Of a stretch of 64,000 bases of DNA, positions 13,201-23,794 are shown in pieces. This DNA comes from Tubulanus polymorphus (Eukaryota > Animalia > Nemertea): contig NC_134032.1 in the NCBI RefSeq assembly GCF_964204645.1, positions 15,736,275 through 15,800,274 on the forward strand, written 5' to 3'. Below the pieces are notes generated by a model. The model worked only from the letters and a program-made list of their open reading frames with translations, was not told where the DNA came from and did no database searches. The position numbers and the translations under genes are program-made. How positions within the stretch are numbered: position 1 is the first letter of the stretch; each line of letters begins with the position of its first letter.

Positions 13201-14135
13201 ATCGTTTTATCTCAGTAAACTGTTAATTCAGTGGAATCTGTGTGTATAATAACTAGGCCTAAAACCTTGAAATTTTCTAATTGCTTATTAGGAGTTTTCA
13301 AGGATTTTTGGGCATTTTGTTCAAATTCAAGTATTCATGAACTTTGAATTTGAAAACAATTCTATTTTAGAAACAGTTTTCAAGGAATCAAGGAGTCGTA
13401 GGGACCCTGCTAAGGGGCAGATTCAGCGTTTTTAAAAAGGGGAGTAGAAATGAAAGCAATTTGATGGTGAAGCCGTTGCAGAGCAAGGCATGAAGCCATC
13501 CTCGACCAGGAAACTGGGGGATCTGATCAACTGGGGAACTGCATCCTCATGGATCTAAACAATAGTAAATCTTAACTTACCCAACACGATCCACAGGAAC
13601 CCTGATCTCTGACCTCGCGTAAGGTCGGACAGTGCGGCCATTTTGTTCGCGCGTCGAACGCCTGCGGTAATTCGTCGATATCGTTCGATGGTTGTTTCAT
13701 TGGCAGACGGTTTTTAACGGGATCCGGTAAAACTCCACATAAACGTTTTAATTCCTGAACGGTGACGCCCGGTTTAAAATTCTTACCAGCCTGTTATATA
13801 TATAAATACACATCAATATATATTAGGCAATACTGGGATCTCAGACTTTGGAACTGAGGAACTGGATTCAGAACTGTGGAACTGGGTCTAGAACTGTGGA
13901 ACTGGGTCTAGAACTGTGGATCTGAGACCTGAACTGTGGAACTGGAATTAAGACTGTGGAATTCAATGCTTAGCCTTAGGATAGAGCTGTCTAGTTTTAC
14001 CTTCCATGTAGTTTTAGCAATGTTGTTGACATAATTAATCAACTCATCAGATTCTGGTAGGTGTCCGGGAACAAATTTCAGCGGGGTAGACGACGCCAAC
14101 GCCACAACAATCGACAATAAAATTACAACGTTCAT
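4363..14135 (-). CDS. CTSB: Cathepsin B (papain-family C1A cysteine protease), 337 aa
   Basis: Coding exons 14135-14001, 13790-13581, 12289-12174, 7416-7332, 5968-5824, 5291-5175, 4666-4538, 4439-4363 (1014 nt, phases consistent). Signal peptide [28 protein letters not shown] (catalytic Cys), GCNGGYP, occluding loop [18 protein letters not shown] (His), YWLVANSW (Asn), CGIES. Confidence 0.97.
4720..5045. repeat. 24-bp minisatellite in cathepsin B intron
   Basis: Unit GGTATGTACATTGTAG(AC/CA)ATCA(A/G)T. Confidence 0.9.
5499..5661. mobile_element. MITE with degenerate terminal inverted repeats
   Basis: GGGATCATTCATTTATTATGTATGCAT...ATGCGTACGTAATAAATGAATAATACC. Confidence 0.55.
6493..6585. repeat. 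Inverted repeat with perfect 24-bp stem
   Basis: AGTACGGTAGACTATAATGGCTGA (6511-6534), 8-nt loop, exact reverse complement 6543-6566, imperfect outer extension. Confidence 0.85.
7585..7912. repeat. About 105-bp tandem repeat, 3 copies
   Basis: TTCTTATCAAGAGGTTCTTTGTGCCACTCGTCACCAGC... repeated. Confidence 0.85.
8113..8280. repeat. About 54-bp tandem repeat, 3 copies, containing a tRNA B-box-like motif (minus GGTTCGAATCCC)
   Basis: GGGATTCGAACCTGATGACAGGTCGTGAGACTCTGCCACGTTCCTC repeated. Confidence 0.8.
8866..12125. repeat. 3.3-kb CT-rich compound microsatellite in cathepsin B intron
   Basis: (CT)n, (CTGTCT)n and higher-order 14-20-bp variants; almost pure pyrimidine on +. Confidence 0.97.
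12345..13125. repeat. 45-47-bp minisatellite in cathepsin B intron
   Basis: Core CAGGGTCTCTACAGATCAGTCATTCTAGAA with two alternative linkers. Confidence 0.9.
13850..13960. repeat. 20-bp tandem repeat matching the MITE family A terminus
   Basis: AGAACTGTGGAACTGGGTCT repeated. Confidence 0.8.
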
Positions 14136-14424
14136 CTGCAATAAACCAACCGCAATAGTTTTTCAGAACGAATCAAATGAACTCGCTACCGATTCTAGCC
14201 CTACCCGCCAAGGCCCATCGGCCAAATTTTAGCAAGAGTTACAAAAACCAAACTTTTTTTGGTTTTTGATTGAAAAAGAAAGTGAAATTGATTTTATTTT
14301 CATCACACGATTTTATAAGATCGAAATCAGTTGAGCAAAAAAAACTTATCGATCGTAAATGGTTAAATATCGATCATTCATATGAAATAAGGTTCACATC
14401 CATATTAATTAAAACTGTTCTTAC

Positions 14425-14460
14425 CTCGAGCGCCGAATAAAACTGCAGCAGTCAACTTCT
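14425..14460 (-). other. Non-coding first exon of cathepsin B
   Basis: Donor CTCGAG|GTAAGA at 14425/14424; the next acceptor TTGCAG is directly followed by the ATG at 14135. 5' end approximate. Confidence 0.65.
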
Positions 14461-14480
14461 AAAACTGAAAGTCTTGATTG

Positions 14481-14535
14481 TATTTATAATCTAAGTACGG
14501 ACATCACTTGACAGATCACATGCCAGTCATGTGAC
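14481..14535 (-). promoter_or_regulatory. Cathepsin B core promoter: TATAAATA plus MiT/TFE (M-box/CLEAR-like) E-boxes
   Basis: TATA 14488-14481; GTCATGTGAC 14526-14535; TCACATG 14516-14522; TCACTTGAC 14504-14512. Confidence 0.65.
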
Positions 14536-14849
14536 CGATCTACCGGAACACCGTCCGGTGCTGCCACCTCTCGAGAGGAGTGCCGGTGCTAAGAACGGTT
14601 GGAGAACGGACATGGAGGACTCCGCGGCTCACTCGGGGATTTCTGAGTCCCAGTTTACAAAGCTCTCTGTGAATTGACGCCAGACCTTTTCTAAAATTGA
14701 CGTAAAAATAACATTAAAAAGCCAAGCCTGAAATTAGATGGTGCATATTTCGATTTCTTCATTAATTAACCTACGTTGAACTTTTCAAAATTAAATTAAG
14801 ATTTTATTCCCGACTCTATACTAAATACCGTCCGGTGCTGCCCTCTTAC

Positions 14850-14914
14850 TACAATTTTATTTCCGGATTAATGAAAATTTTCTCAGATTTTTATCGAATT
14901 TCTGTCTGTTTACT
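14850..14914 (+). other. Candidate non-coding first exon of the divergent + strand unit
   Basis: Strong donor ACT|GTAAGT at 14914/14915; duplicated motif CCGTCCGGTGCTGCC at 14551 and 14828. Start approximate. Confidence 0.4.
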
Positions 14915-15481
14915 GTAAGTATCGCATTGTTTTATAGACCGTCGATTCCTGATCCACTGCGATCAACTCTCTGTTCCACCGTATCCACTTTTTAATTGAG
15001 TAGATTCCTCTGAAATAATTGATCGATGATGACGATTTTCCCAATTCCACTCCGTCGTCAACAGGCCTACTACTACTACTATCGTCTATAAGTAACTTCC
15101 AAATTTTCAATCGTCACCATGTTATTGTTCATTCCGTTCAGTTTTGGTGTTGTTGATATGTCTGTTTCTGCCACCCCACCCCTCCTCACTTCACCCCGCA
15201 CAGCGGTTGTCTCCACCCAATCAGTGATCTCTCTCTCTGTCACTACTACAATCTTATGGTACATCAGACACTAAGGTTCTTGGTGAACCCTTTACCTACT
15301 CAGCTGTCCACTGGTCCCTACAGATTTAGACCAAGCACAGGACATTCATTTAGTCTGCATGATCAGCAGCGTCCAGTTGCACAAAAACAAGCCCTGCCTG
15401 CAGTGAGGGCCGATCTGTGAAATTGATTTTATTGTACAATTCCTTTTTTCATGAAACTGGACCCAGTTTTCCTCCATTATT

Positions 15482-17117
15482 GTCCACTCTCCCCGGACCG
15501 ACGGAGGAGCCTCCATAGGCTCAGGATGATTTCAGGTTTCCTCGGGGTCCACTCTCCCCTGACGGAGTAGCCTCTACAGGCTCGGGATGATTTCAGGTTT
15601 CCTCGGGGTCCACTCTCCCCGGACGGAGGAGCCTCCACAGGCTCAGGATGATTTCAGGTTTCCTCGGGGTCCACTCTCCCCGGACGGAGGGACCTCCACA
15701 GGCTCAGGATGATTTCAGGTTTCCTCGGGGTCCACTCTCCCCGGGCGGAGGAGCCTCTACAGGCTCTGGATGATTTCAGGTTTCCTCGGGGTCCACTCTC
15801 CCCGGACGGAGGGACCTCCACAGGCTCAGAATGATTTCAGGTTTCCTCGGGGTCCACTCTCCTCGGGCGGAGGAGCCTCTACAGGCTCTGGATGATTTCA
15901 GGTTTCCTCGGGGTCCACTCTCCCCGGACGGAGGAGCCTCTACAGGCTCAGGATGATTTCAGGTTTCCTCGGGGTCCACTCTCCCCTGACGGAGTAGCCT
16001 CTACAGGCTCAGGATGATTTCAGGTTTCCTCAGGGTCCACTCTCCCCGGGCGGAGGAGCCTCTACAGGCTCAGGATGATTTCAGGTTTCCTCAGGGTCCA
16101 CTCTCCCCTGACGGAGTAGCCTCTACAGGCTCAGGATGATTTCAGGTTTCCTCAGGGTCCACTCTCCCCGGACGGAGTAGCCTCTACAGGCTCAGGATGA
16201 TTTCAGGTTTCCTCAGGGTCCACTCTCCCCGGACGGAGTAGCCTCTACAGGCTCAGGATGATTTCAGGTTTCCTCAGGGTCCACTCTCCCCTGACGGAGT
16301 AGCCTCTACAGGCTCAGGATGATTTCAGGTTTCCTCAGGGTCCACTCTCCCCGGGCGGAGGAGCCTCTACAGGCTCAGGATGATTTCAGGTTTCCTCAGG
16401 GTCCACTCTCCCCTGACGGAGTAGCCTCTACAGGCTCAGGATGATTTCAGGTTTCCTCAGGGTCCACTCTCCCCGGACGGAGTAGCCTCTACAGGCTCAG
16501 GATGATTTCAGGTTTCCTCAGGGTCCACTCTCCTCGGACGGAGTAGCCTCTACAGGCTCAGGATGATTTCAGGTTTCCTCGGGGTCCACTCGCCCCGGAC
16601 GGAGGAGCCTCTACAGGCTCAGGATGATTTCAGGTTTCCTCGGGGTCCACTCTCCCCTGACGGAGTAGCCTCTACAGGCTCAGGATGATTTCAGGTTTCC
16701 TCAGGGTCCTCTCTCCCCTGACGGAGTAGCCTCTACAGGCTCAGGATGATTTCAGGTTTCCTCAGGGTCCACTCTCCTCGGACGGAGTAGCCTCTACAGG
16801 CTCAGGATGATTTCAGGTTTCCTCGGGGTCCACTCTCCTCGGACGGAGGAGCCTCTACAGGCTCAGGATGATTTCAGGTTTCCTCAGGGTCCACTCTCCC
16901 CGGACGGAGGGGCCCCAACAGGCTCAGGATGATTTCAGGTTTCTTCAGGGTCCACTCTCCCCGGACGGAGGGGCCTCTACAGGCTCAGGATGATTTCAGG
17001 TTTCCTCAGGGTCCACTCTCCCCGGACGGAGGGGCCCCAACAGGCTCAGGATGATTTCAGGTTTCTTCAGGGTCCACTCTCCCCGGACGGAGGAGCCTCC
17101 ACAGACTCAGGATGATT
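15482..17117. repeat. 61-bp minisatellite, about 27 copies
   Basis: GTCCACTCTCCCCGGACGGAGGAGCCTCTACAGGCTCAGGATGATTTCAGGTTTCCTCGGG. Confidence 0.95.
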
Positions 17118-17378
17118 CCTTCGAAGTTCAACTGAATATTTTGTCATGAAAATAAACTCAATCATTTTAATCATATTCAGTACAGTTGAAATAATGAGTA
17201 AAAATTCATGGCTTCATCTCAATTTCAATGATGATATGTTGCCGTTAAATATTTTCCTGCCCCTGTCCCACCTTTGCCCCCGCCCGCCCTCTATTGAGGA
17301 TATCCTTTTCCACTTTGTGCAGTTCATTCTCGAACTTCGGTTTCAATTTGTCTGTAAATTCTCACCGTTATTTTACAG

Positions 17379-17513
17379 AATTTCTTGCACGGGGATTTTA
17401 CTGCTGGATACACAGCTTGGATACCTGGCCTAACCCTGGATACCTGGATACCTGAGTTCTAGTCTCGCATTGACGATAAGTACAGAATTCTACTGCTTCA
17501 TAATTTCATTAAG
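17379..17513 (+). other. Candidate non-coding 5' UTR exon
   Basis: Acceptor TTTTACAG|, donor AAG|GTAAGA, no ATG inside. Confidence 0.55.
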
Positions 17514-17861
17514 GTAAGAAAACTTTCAAACTGAAATACGTGATTAAGTGTGAATGTAATTTTGATTTTTGTATCAGTTGACATTGTTAGAGATATAGAT
17601 TTGTCGGGACTCGAGGTTCTAGTGTTTTAGGGGAGTCGTAGAGCTTATCAAATCGGGTCTAAATGCTACTTGTTTATGGGGCAGGGAGGGAGAATTCTAG
17701 TATTTTATTCGGGGGTATTTAGAAAGAGGAGTTTCTAGTGTTTTATGGATGGAAGTTAGAGGAGTTTCTAGTGTGTAATGATTATTGATATTGATTTGTC
17801 AAGCGTGTGATTGATAAACAATCAATACTGTATGATATCAATACTGTATAATATCCACATG

Positions 17862-18650
17862 CATTGCCCCACGCGCTGCCCCGTACATTGCCCCACGCGC
17901 TGCCCCGTACATTGCCCCACACACTGCCCCGTACATTGCCCCACGCGCTGCCCCGTACATTGCCCCACACACTGCCCCGTACATTGCCCCACGCACTGCC
18001 CCGTACATTGCCCCACACACTGCCCCGTACATTGCCCCACACACTGCCCCGTACATTGCCCCACACGCTGCCCCGTACATTGCCCCACGCACTGCCCCGT
18101 ACATTGCCCCACACACTGCCCCGTACATTGCCCCACGTGCTGCCCCATACATTGCCCCACGTGCTGCCCCATACATTGCCCCACACACTGCCCCGTACAT
18201 TGCCCCACACACTGCCCCGTACATTGCCCCACACACTGCCCCGTACATTGCCCCACACACTGCCCCGTACATTGCCCCACGCGCTGCCCCGTACATTGCC
18301 CCACGCGCTGCCCCATACATTGCCCCACGCGCTGCCCCGTACATTGCCCCACGCGCTGCCCCGTACATTGCCCCACGCGCTGCCCCGTACATTGCCCCAC
18401 ACACTGCCCCGTACATTGCCCCACACACTGCCCCGTACATTGCCCCACACGCTGCCCCGTACATTGCCCCACGCGCTGCCCCGTACATTGCCCCACGCGC
18501 TGCCCCGTACATTGCCCCACGCGCTGCCCCGTACATTGCCCCACACACTGCCCCGTACATTGCCCCACACACTGCCCCGTACATTGCCCCACGCGCTGCC
18601 CCGTACATTGCCCCACACACTGCCCCGTACATTGCCCCACACACTGCCCC
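17862..18650. repeat. 24-bp minisatellite (12-bp subunits), about 33 copies
   Basis: CATTGCCCCAC(A/G)C(A/G)CTGCCCCGTA. Confidence 0.95.
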
Positions 18651-19089
18651 TCACGATCTGCATATCAAAATTAGAAAATAGATCAATTTGTTGAAGAGGA
18701 GAAAGAAACATATTCGCCGTAAACCCAATTCACTCGGTGGTTTCTAGATCAAGAGATTCTTACTGATCAAGCAGCGAGTGATTTCTATTGTCACGAGTTT
18801 TATTTGCGTAACACCCTCTTTTAAACCTCCAAAACAGTACGTTTTATACGTACAGTAAAATAAAATGAGATTCTTACTGACTAGCGACAGCGATTTCTAT
18901 GGCCACGAGTTTAGTCCCTTTCTGTAGTGTAATATACAAAACAGTCACCTCTGAGAAAGTGTGAACAACAAACCCGACTGATTATTACAACATAGATTAG
19001 ATAATACTCATTGCTTGTTTGTTACGAGGATATATGAAACGATAGTTCACTCGCTCACTCGCTCGCTAGGAATCAGGAATTGCATCGCG

Positions 19090-20085
19090 ATGATATCTTT
19101 AGCGCGTACCGCGTTTAGTGTTATCCGGATGTGGTTACCGAACCCTTGTCGCCATCGTAAACTCATCGCGATCGTCATAGCGATCATCGTTACGTCGTTC
19201 GCGGTCGTCGTCGTTAGATTGACGACCGTCCCGCGATTCAGACATTTCGAAGACGTGAATCTACGCGATGAGATTCTGAATCTGGAATCGAGGAATCATT
19301 CCGATTCGGCGGTGATTCACTCGCGCCCCGTGGTGCCGCGTATTCTACACTTGGCGTGGTACGGTAACCCGACGATGCGGTTTCATCACTACGTCAGTTT
19401 CCTCAGCGCGTACCACATTCTGAAACCGGAGCGGATTCTATTCTGGTACGGCGTTCGACCGAGCGGCGCGTGGTGGCGCCGTCTACGCGAGAATATCACC
19501 GAATTCGACCGCGTGGTAGAGATGCGATATCGCGCGGCGCCGACAGAGATACACGGACGCGCGATCCAACGCCCGGAGCACTCCTCCGACGTCGTGCGTC
19601 TCGAAGCGATCCTAGAATACGGAGGAATTTATCTGGATCTGGACGTGATCGTTCTGCATTCGTTCGATCGTCTGCTCCGATATTCCGTCACTCTCGGACG
19701 CGAACACTGGTTCGGACTGTGTAATGGTATTCTGATCGCGCGCCCGAACGCGTTGTTTATGCGTATTTGGCGCGCCGAGTACCGCACGTTCGACTCGTGG
19801 CGTTGGGCGACTCATTCGGTGGTGTTACCTCATTACCTCGCGCGTCGTTATCCGTACCTCGTACACATCGAGGAGCGAACCCTCAACCGTCCGAACTGGA
19901 TGGAACTCGATAAGATATACGCCAACGCCCCCTGGAACTGGCGCGAGAACTACGCCGTACATCTGTGGTATCGGAAATACGGAATAGATCATGATTTCGA
20001 TTCGATTAAAAATTTGGATTCGAATCTCGGGCGTATTTTCAGATTCATCTTATACGGGGATTCCGATTTGTTCGATAGACACTAA
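19090..20085 (+). CDS. Intronless GT32-family glycosyltransferase (alpha-1,4-GlcNAc/Gal transferase, A4GNT/A4GALT-like), 331 aa
   Basis: Type II anchor LIAIVIAIIVTSFAVVVV, VPRILHLAW, HSSDVVRLEAILEYGGIYLDLD (DxD motif), LCNGILIA, YAVHLW. First in-frame ATG at 19090 (track start 19015 is TTG). Confidence 0.9.
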   Translation: MISLARTAFSVIRMWLPNPCRHRKLIAIVIAIIVTSFAVVVVRLTTVPRFRHFEDVNLRDEILNLESRNHSDSAVIHSRPVVPRILHLAWYGNPTMRFHHYVSFLSAYHILKPERILFWYGVRPSGAWWRRLRENITEFDRVVEMRYRAAPTEIHGRAIQRPEHSSDVVRLEAILEYGGIYLDLDVIVLHSFDRLLRYSVTLGREHWFGLCNGILIARPNALFMRIWRAEYRTFDSWRWATHSVVLPHYLARRYPYLVHIEERTLNRPNWMELDKIYANAPWNWRENYAVHLWYRKYGIDHDFDSIKNLDSNLGRIFRFILYGDSDLFDRH

Positions 20086-20714
20086 AATATGGATTCGAAC
20101 CCGGGATGTCCTATACGGGGATTCCGATTTGTTCAATAAACACTAAAATATGGATTCGAACCTATATGTCCTAAATGTGTAATAGAATAATAATTTAATA
20201 ATGATAATAATAATAATCTATTAAAGATAATGAAATTATCAATACAAACACAGTTTACAAGTGAGGGTGCAGTCACAGAGCCCACGGGCTGTAACAACTT
20301 TGAACCGTGCCAAGTGGTGACTGTACCCAAATTTTTAATACAAAGTTTATGAGATGTTTATTTGTAGTGTTTTGATTGTTTCAAATACAGAATTTTTGAC
20401 AGTTTGAATTCAGACGTAAATTTCCAAAATTGTTGTTGTTTTTGTGGTTTATTGCTCATTGATTTCTGACTCATGTTGAGGAGGGGAGGAGAGCGTGTTA
20501 GGGGGAGACAGGATAGGGGATTAGATTTATGGTATAGATGAAGAGGGGGGTGTTATGGTATAGATGAGGAGGGAGGGGGTTATGGTATAGATGAGGAGGG
20601 AGGGGGGGTTTAATGTCTAGTGGTGTAGGTGAGAAGGGGGTCTCCTGTCTCGGGATGTTCAAACCTCTGATTCTAGAATTAATATTCAAAATGATGATAA
20701 TTATAATTTTGCAG

Positions 20715-20894
20715 GATTTAAACGAACTGATTAAACGAGAGTCTATTCTCCGCACAACCGAGCGGCAACAATGCCTGCACCGTCGCCGCCGGAAACAACG
20801 CATTGACCGGTTACTGCGACGACAGCAATGAAGACATCGATTTCAAGGAACGTCGGCGTTATAGGTGGCAGCACTTGCAGTTAAAACCCAGAAT
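20715..20894 (+). other. Candidate TMCC 5' exon ending in AT (split start codon)
   Basis: Acceptor TTTTGCAG|, donor AGAAT|GTAAGT; joining to exon 39965 gives AT|G AAG AAG in the TMCC frame. Confidence 0.55.
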
Positions 20895-21361
20895 GTAAGT
20901 AAATCGAGCTCGGATTGAAAAATCATCTTCATTTTAGGCTGGATTTACGAAAATAAAGCATGAATCTCGTCGACTCTCTCGCCCCCTATTACTAAATGCC
21001 TGCACTAACCAATTTCGATCCATCCTTCAAAATTATTATCATTATTATTATTATTATTTATGCATTTTGTTGCAGTCAGTATTGTGCTATACTCCCCCCT
21101 TCCCCCCTCTCCCCTCTCCCCTCTCCATCTCTTTGTAATGTAAACAATATCTGTGGTGTTTTTAAGTGTCTACAATCCTCGATATTTTCATTATTTCCAG
21201 CACTCCACACGTGTTAACTCATCGTTTAATCACCGAAAATAAGTTTTATTTTGAAAAAGTTTCGTTGTTTTTCTTCCTTCTTTTCGTGATAAAATAAATT
21301 TCGCAGGAATTTTCTACTATGGATCGGTTTTAGTTTTAACCAAGTTTTTTATGAAGAAAAT

Positions 21362-21985
21362 GCCTGTGCTGGTCGTCCAGTCGGCCGGTTGACCTGTCTG
21401 TGCTGGTCGACCTGTCTGCCTGTTGACCTGCCTGTGCTGGTCGACCTGTCTGCCTGTTGACCTGCCTGTGCTGGTCAATCTGTCTGCCGGTTGACCCGTC
21501 TGTGCTGGTCGGCCTGTCTGCCGGTCGACCTGTCTGCCGGTTGAGCTGTCTGTGCTGGTCGGCTGGTTGACCTGTCTGCCGGTTGAGCTGTCTGTGCTGG
21601 TCGGCTGGTTGACCTGTCTGCCGGTTGACCTGTCTGTGCTGGTCTGCCGGTTGACCTGCCTGTGCTATCGGCTAGTTGACCTGTCTGCCGGTTGACCTGT
21701 CTGTGCTGGTCTACTGGTTGATCTGTCTGTGCTGGTCGGCTGGTTGACCTGTCTGTGCTGGTCTGCTTGTTGACCTGTCTATGCTGGTCTGCTGGTTGAC
21801 CTGTCTGTGCTGGTCTGGTGGTTGACCTGTCTGTGCTGGTCTGCTGGTTGACCTGTCTACCCGTCGACCTGTCTGTGCTGTCAGCTGGTCGACCTGTCTG
21901 TGCTGGTCGGCTGGTTGACCTGTCTGTGCTGGTCGGCTGGTTGACCTGTCTGTGCTGGTCGGCTGGTTGACCTGTCTGTGCTGGT
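21362..21985. repeat. About 24-bp degenerate minisatellite
   Basis: CTGGTTGACCTGTCTGTGCTGGTC variants. Confidence 0.9.
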
Positions 21986-23384
21986 CGTCCTGCATCACTA
22001 CCGCTTACAGTTCTATGTGATCGTGCTTTAATTGAATCTCTTCATTATTATAATTATCAGGATGATCTTATATTTATATATATATATATATATACACTGA
22101 CAGGCCCAATACTATAATACTATCATGAGAAGGAGCAGTTTACCAGTAATCAGGTGAGACACATAATATACATATATCAAACTCACAAAAAAACAGCCTG
22201 CCTGTGTAGCCTGTAGCCTGTAATCTGTAGCCTGTTACACTCACAATGCATGGACCGTTAACATAACCCCTCCCCCCTCTTTCTCTCTTTTTTCTCTTTG
22301 ATGGTCATACTAAATGTAGTTAGTGGCATTGAATAGATGTCGACCCTTCCGTAGGTAAAGGCTAAGGACCGTTAAAACAACATACACAAATAATATTAGA
22401 TGATTTAATGAATCTCTGTTGATATTTATCGCTTGTTTATTGGTTGTTTCTCAGTAATCATTTCTGGCAATCTTTAAATGTGTTTTTTTTTTCGTTCGTT
22501 TAACTTTTCATTAATACGACTCTACAGTCTGTTACACATGCTCTTCGTGCGACGTTTTGGTCCGTAATTTCGTTAATAACAGTTCATCTACCTTTATTAC
22601 TCATCAATTTGTTCAGTGAGGAATTTGCATTCAGAAATAAACAATAATTTCTACTAAAGTTGTTTTTGTTTTCATTTATCAGCGATAATTTACTTAAGAA
22701 ACTGATCCGCTCGGAAACGTTACAGTGAAGTAATCACCTGCTCATTAGCATATCAAAATACAGTAGGTGGCGCCACGTGACGGGCCATAAAAGCCGTTTT
22801 TCAGCATTACGCGAGCGTATGCTAGGTAAACTATCGCTGATAGAAGAAAACTCAAACAAATTTCTGCCAGTTCATGATTTATTTCTGAATGCAAATTCCT
22901 TACTGAATAGATTGATGCATTATATTTACAGATCAACCGATTATTAACGAAATTACAGACAGTAACAGATGACAAATATCACGACAAATATCACTGTATA
23001 TTTTCACCTGTAAAAATGGTGTCCGTCCATTTTTTATTTTCGATGTCGACTTCAATTTGTTCTCGTAATATTTTTGAAATATTGTTTGCACGATTCATTG
23101 ATTCATTCACGTTGTGTATACGTGGTTCATAATTATTCCAATAGATGGCATTAGTGTTACCTGGGATTCGAATAGAATGTTAGACCGACTCCCCCTCCCC
23201 TCTCCCTCTCTACTCCCCCTCCCCTCTCCCTCTACTCCCCCTCCCCTCTCCCTCTCTATCCACCTGAAATCATTCTCGTGACAGCTTATAGTTTAGAGCT
23301 TTTTTCATACATGTCTCGCCCACCTCCCCTCCCCCCAGTTGTGGTTCCTCAAATTTAGAATGAAAGCTTATTGATAACCCCCAG

Positions 23385-23612
23385 CCCCTGTAGCGGGTAT
23401 CCCCTCTTCGTAGCAGGTATCCCCGAGCCTTTGTAGCAGGGATTCCCCACCATGTAGCAGGTATCCCCGAGCCTCTGTAGCAGGGATTCCCCACCATGTA
23501 GCAGGTATCCCCGAGCCTCTGTAGCAGGGATTCCCCACCATGTAGCAGGTATCCCCTGAGCCTCTGTAGCAGGGATTCCCCACCATGTAGCAGGTATCCC
23601 CTCTACGTAGCA
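23385..23612. repeat. 44-bp tandem repeat
   Basis: GTAGCAGGGATTCCCCACCATGTAGCAGGTATCCCCGAGCCTCT. Confidence 0.85.
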
Positions 23613-23685
23613 GGAGTTTGATAGTAGTTGCGGTTTCGGTTTTTAGACGTTTGCTGAAAATATTCAAAAATTATCCACACATCAG

Positions 23686-23794
23686 GGCTCGGTTTTATAG
23701 ACTGGTATTACCTTTAACCCGGGGGCTAACTCAATTGAAAATGAATGAAGTTAGCCCCCGGGTTAAAGGTGATACCAGTCTATAAAACCGAGCT
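23686..23794. mobile_element. Palindromic PIF/Harbinger-like MITE, family B, TSD CAG
   Basis: CAG|GGCTCGGTTTTATAGACTGG...CCAGTCTATAAAACCGAGCT|CAG; paralogue at about 47312-47593. Confidence 0.8.

Noticed and set aside
15482-17117. Repeated TTTCAG|GT as recursive splice sites
   Set aside because: Regenerated donor GTTTCC is weak and the pyrimidine tract is short.
17782-18711. His/Cys/Pro-repeat (HCPT/HCPV) and other ORFs resembling metal-binding or structural proteins
   Set aside because: 24-bp repeat is open in five frames, variation is not codon-biased, no signal peptide or unique coding flank.
19015-19089. N-terminal extension of the glycosyltransferase from the ORF track
   Set aside because: Begins at TTG; in a eukaryote the first in-frame ATG (19090) is the likely start.
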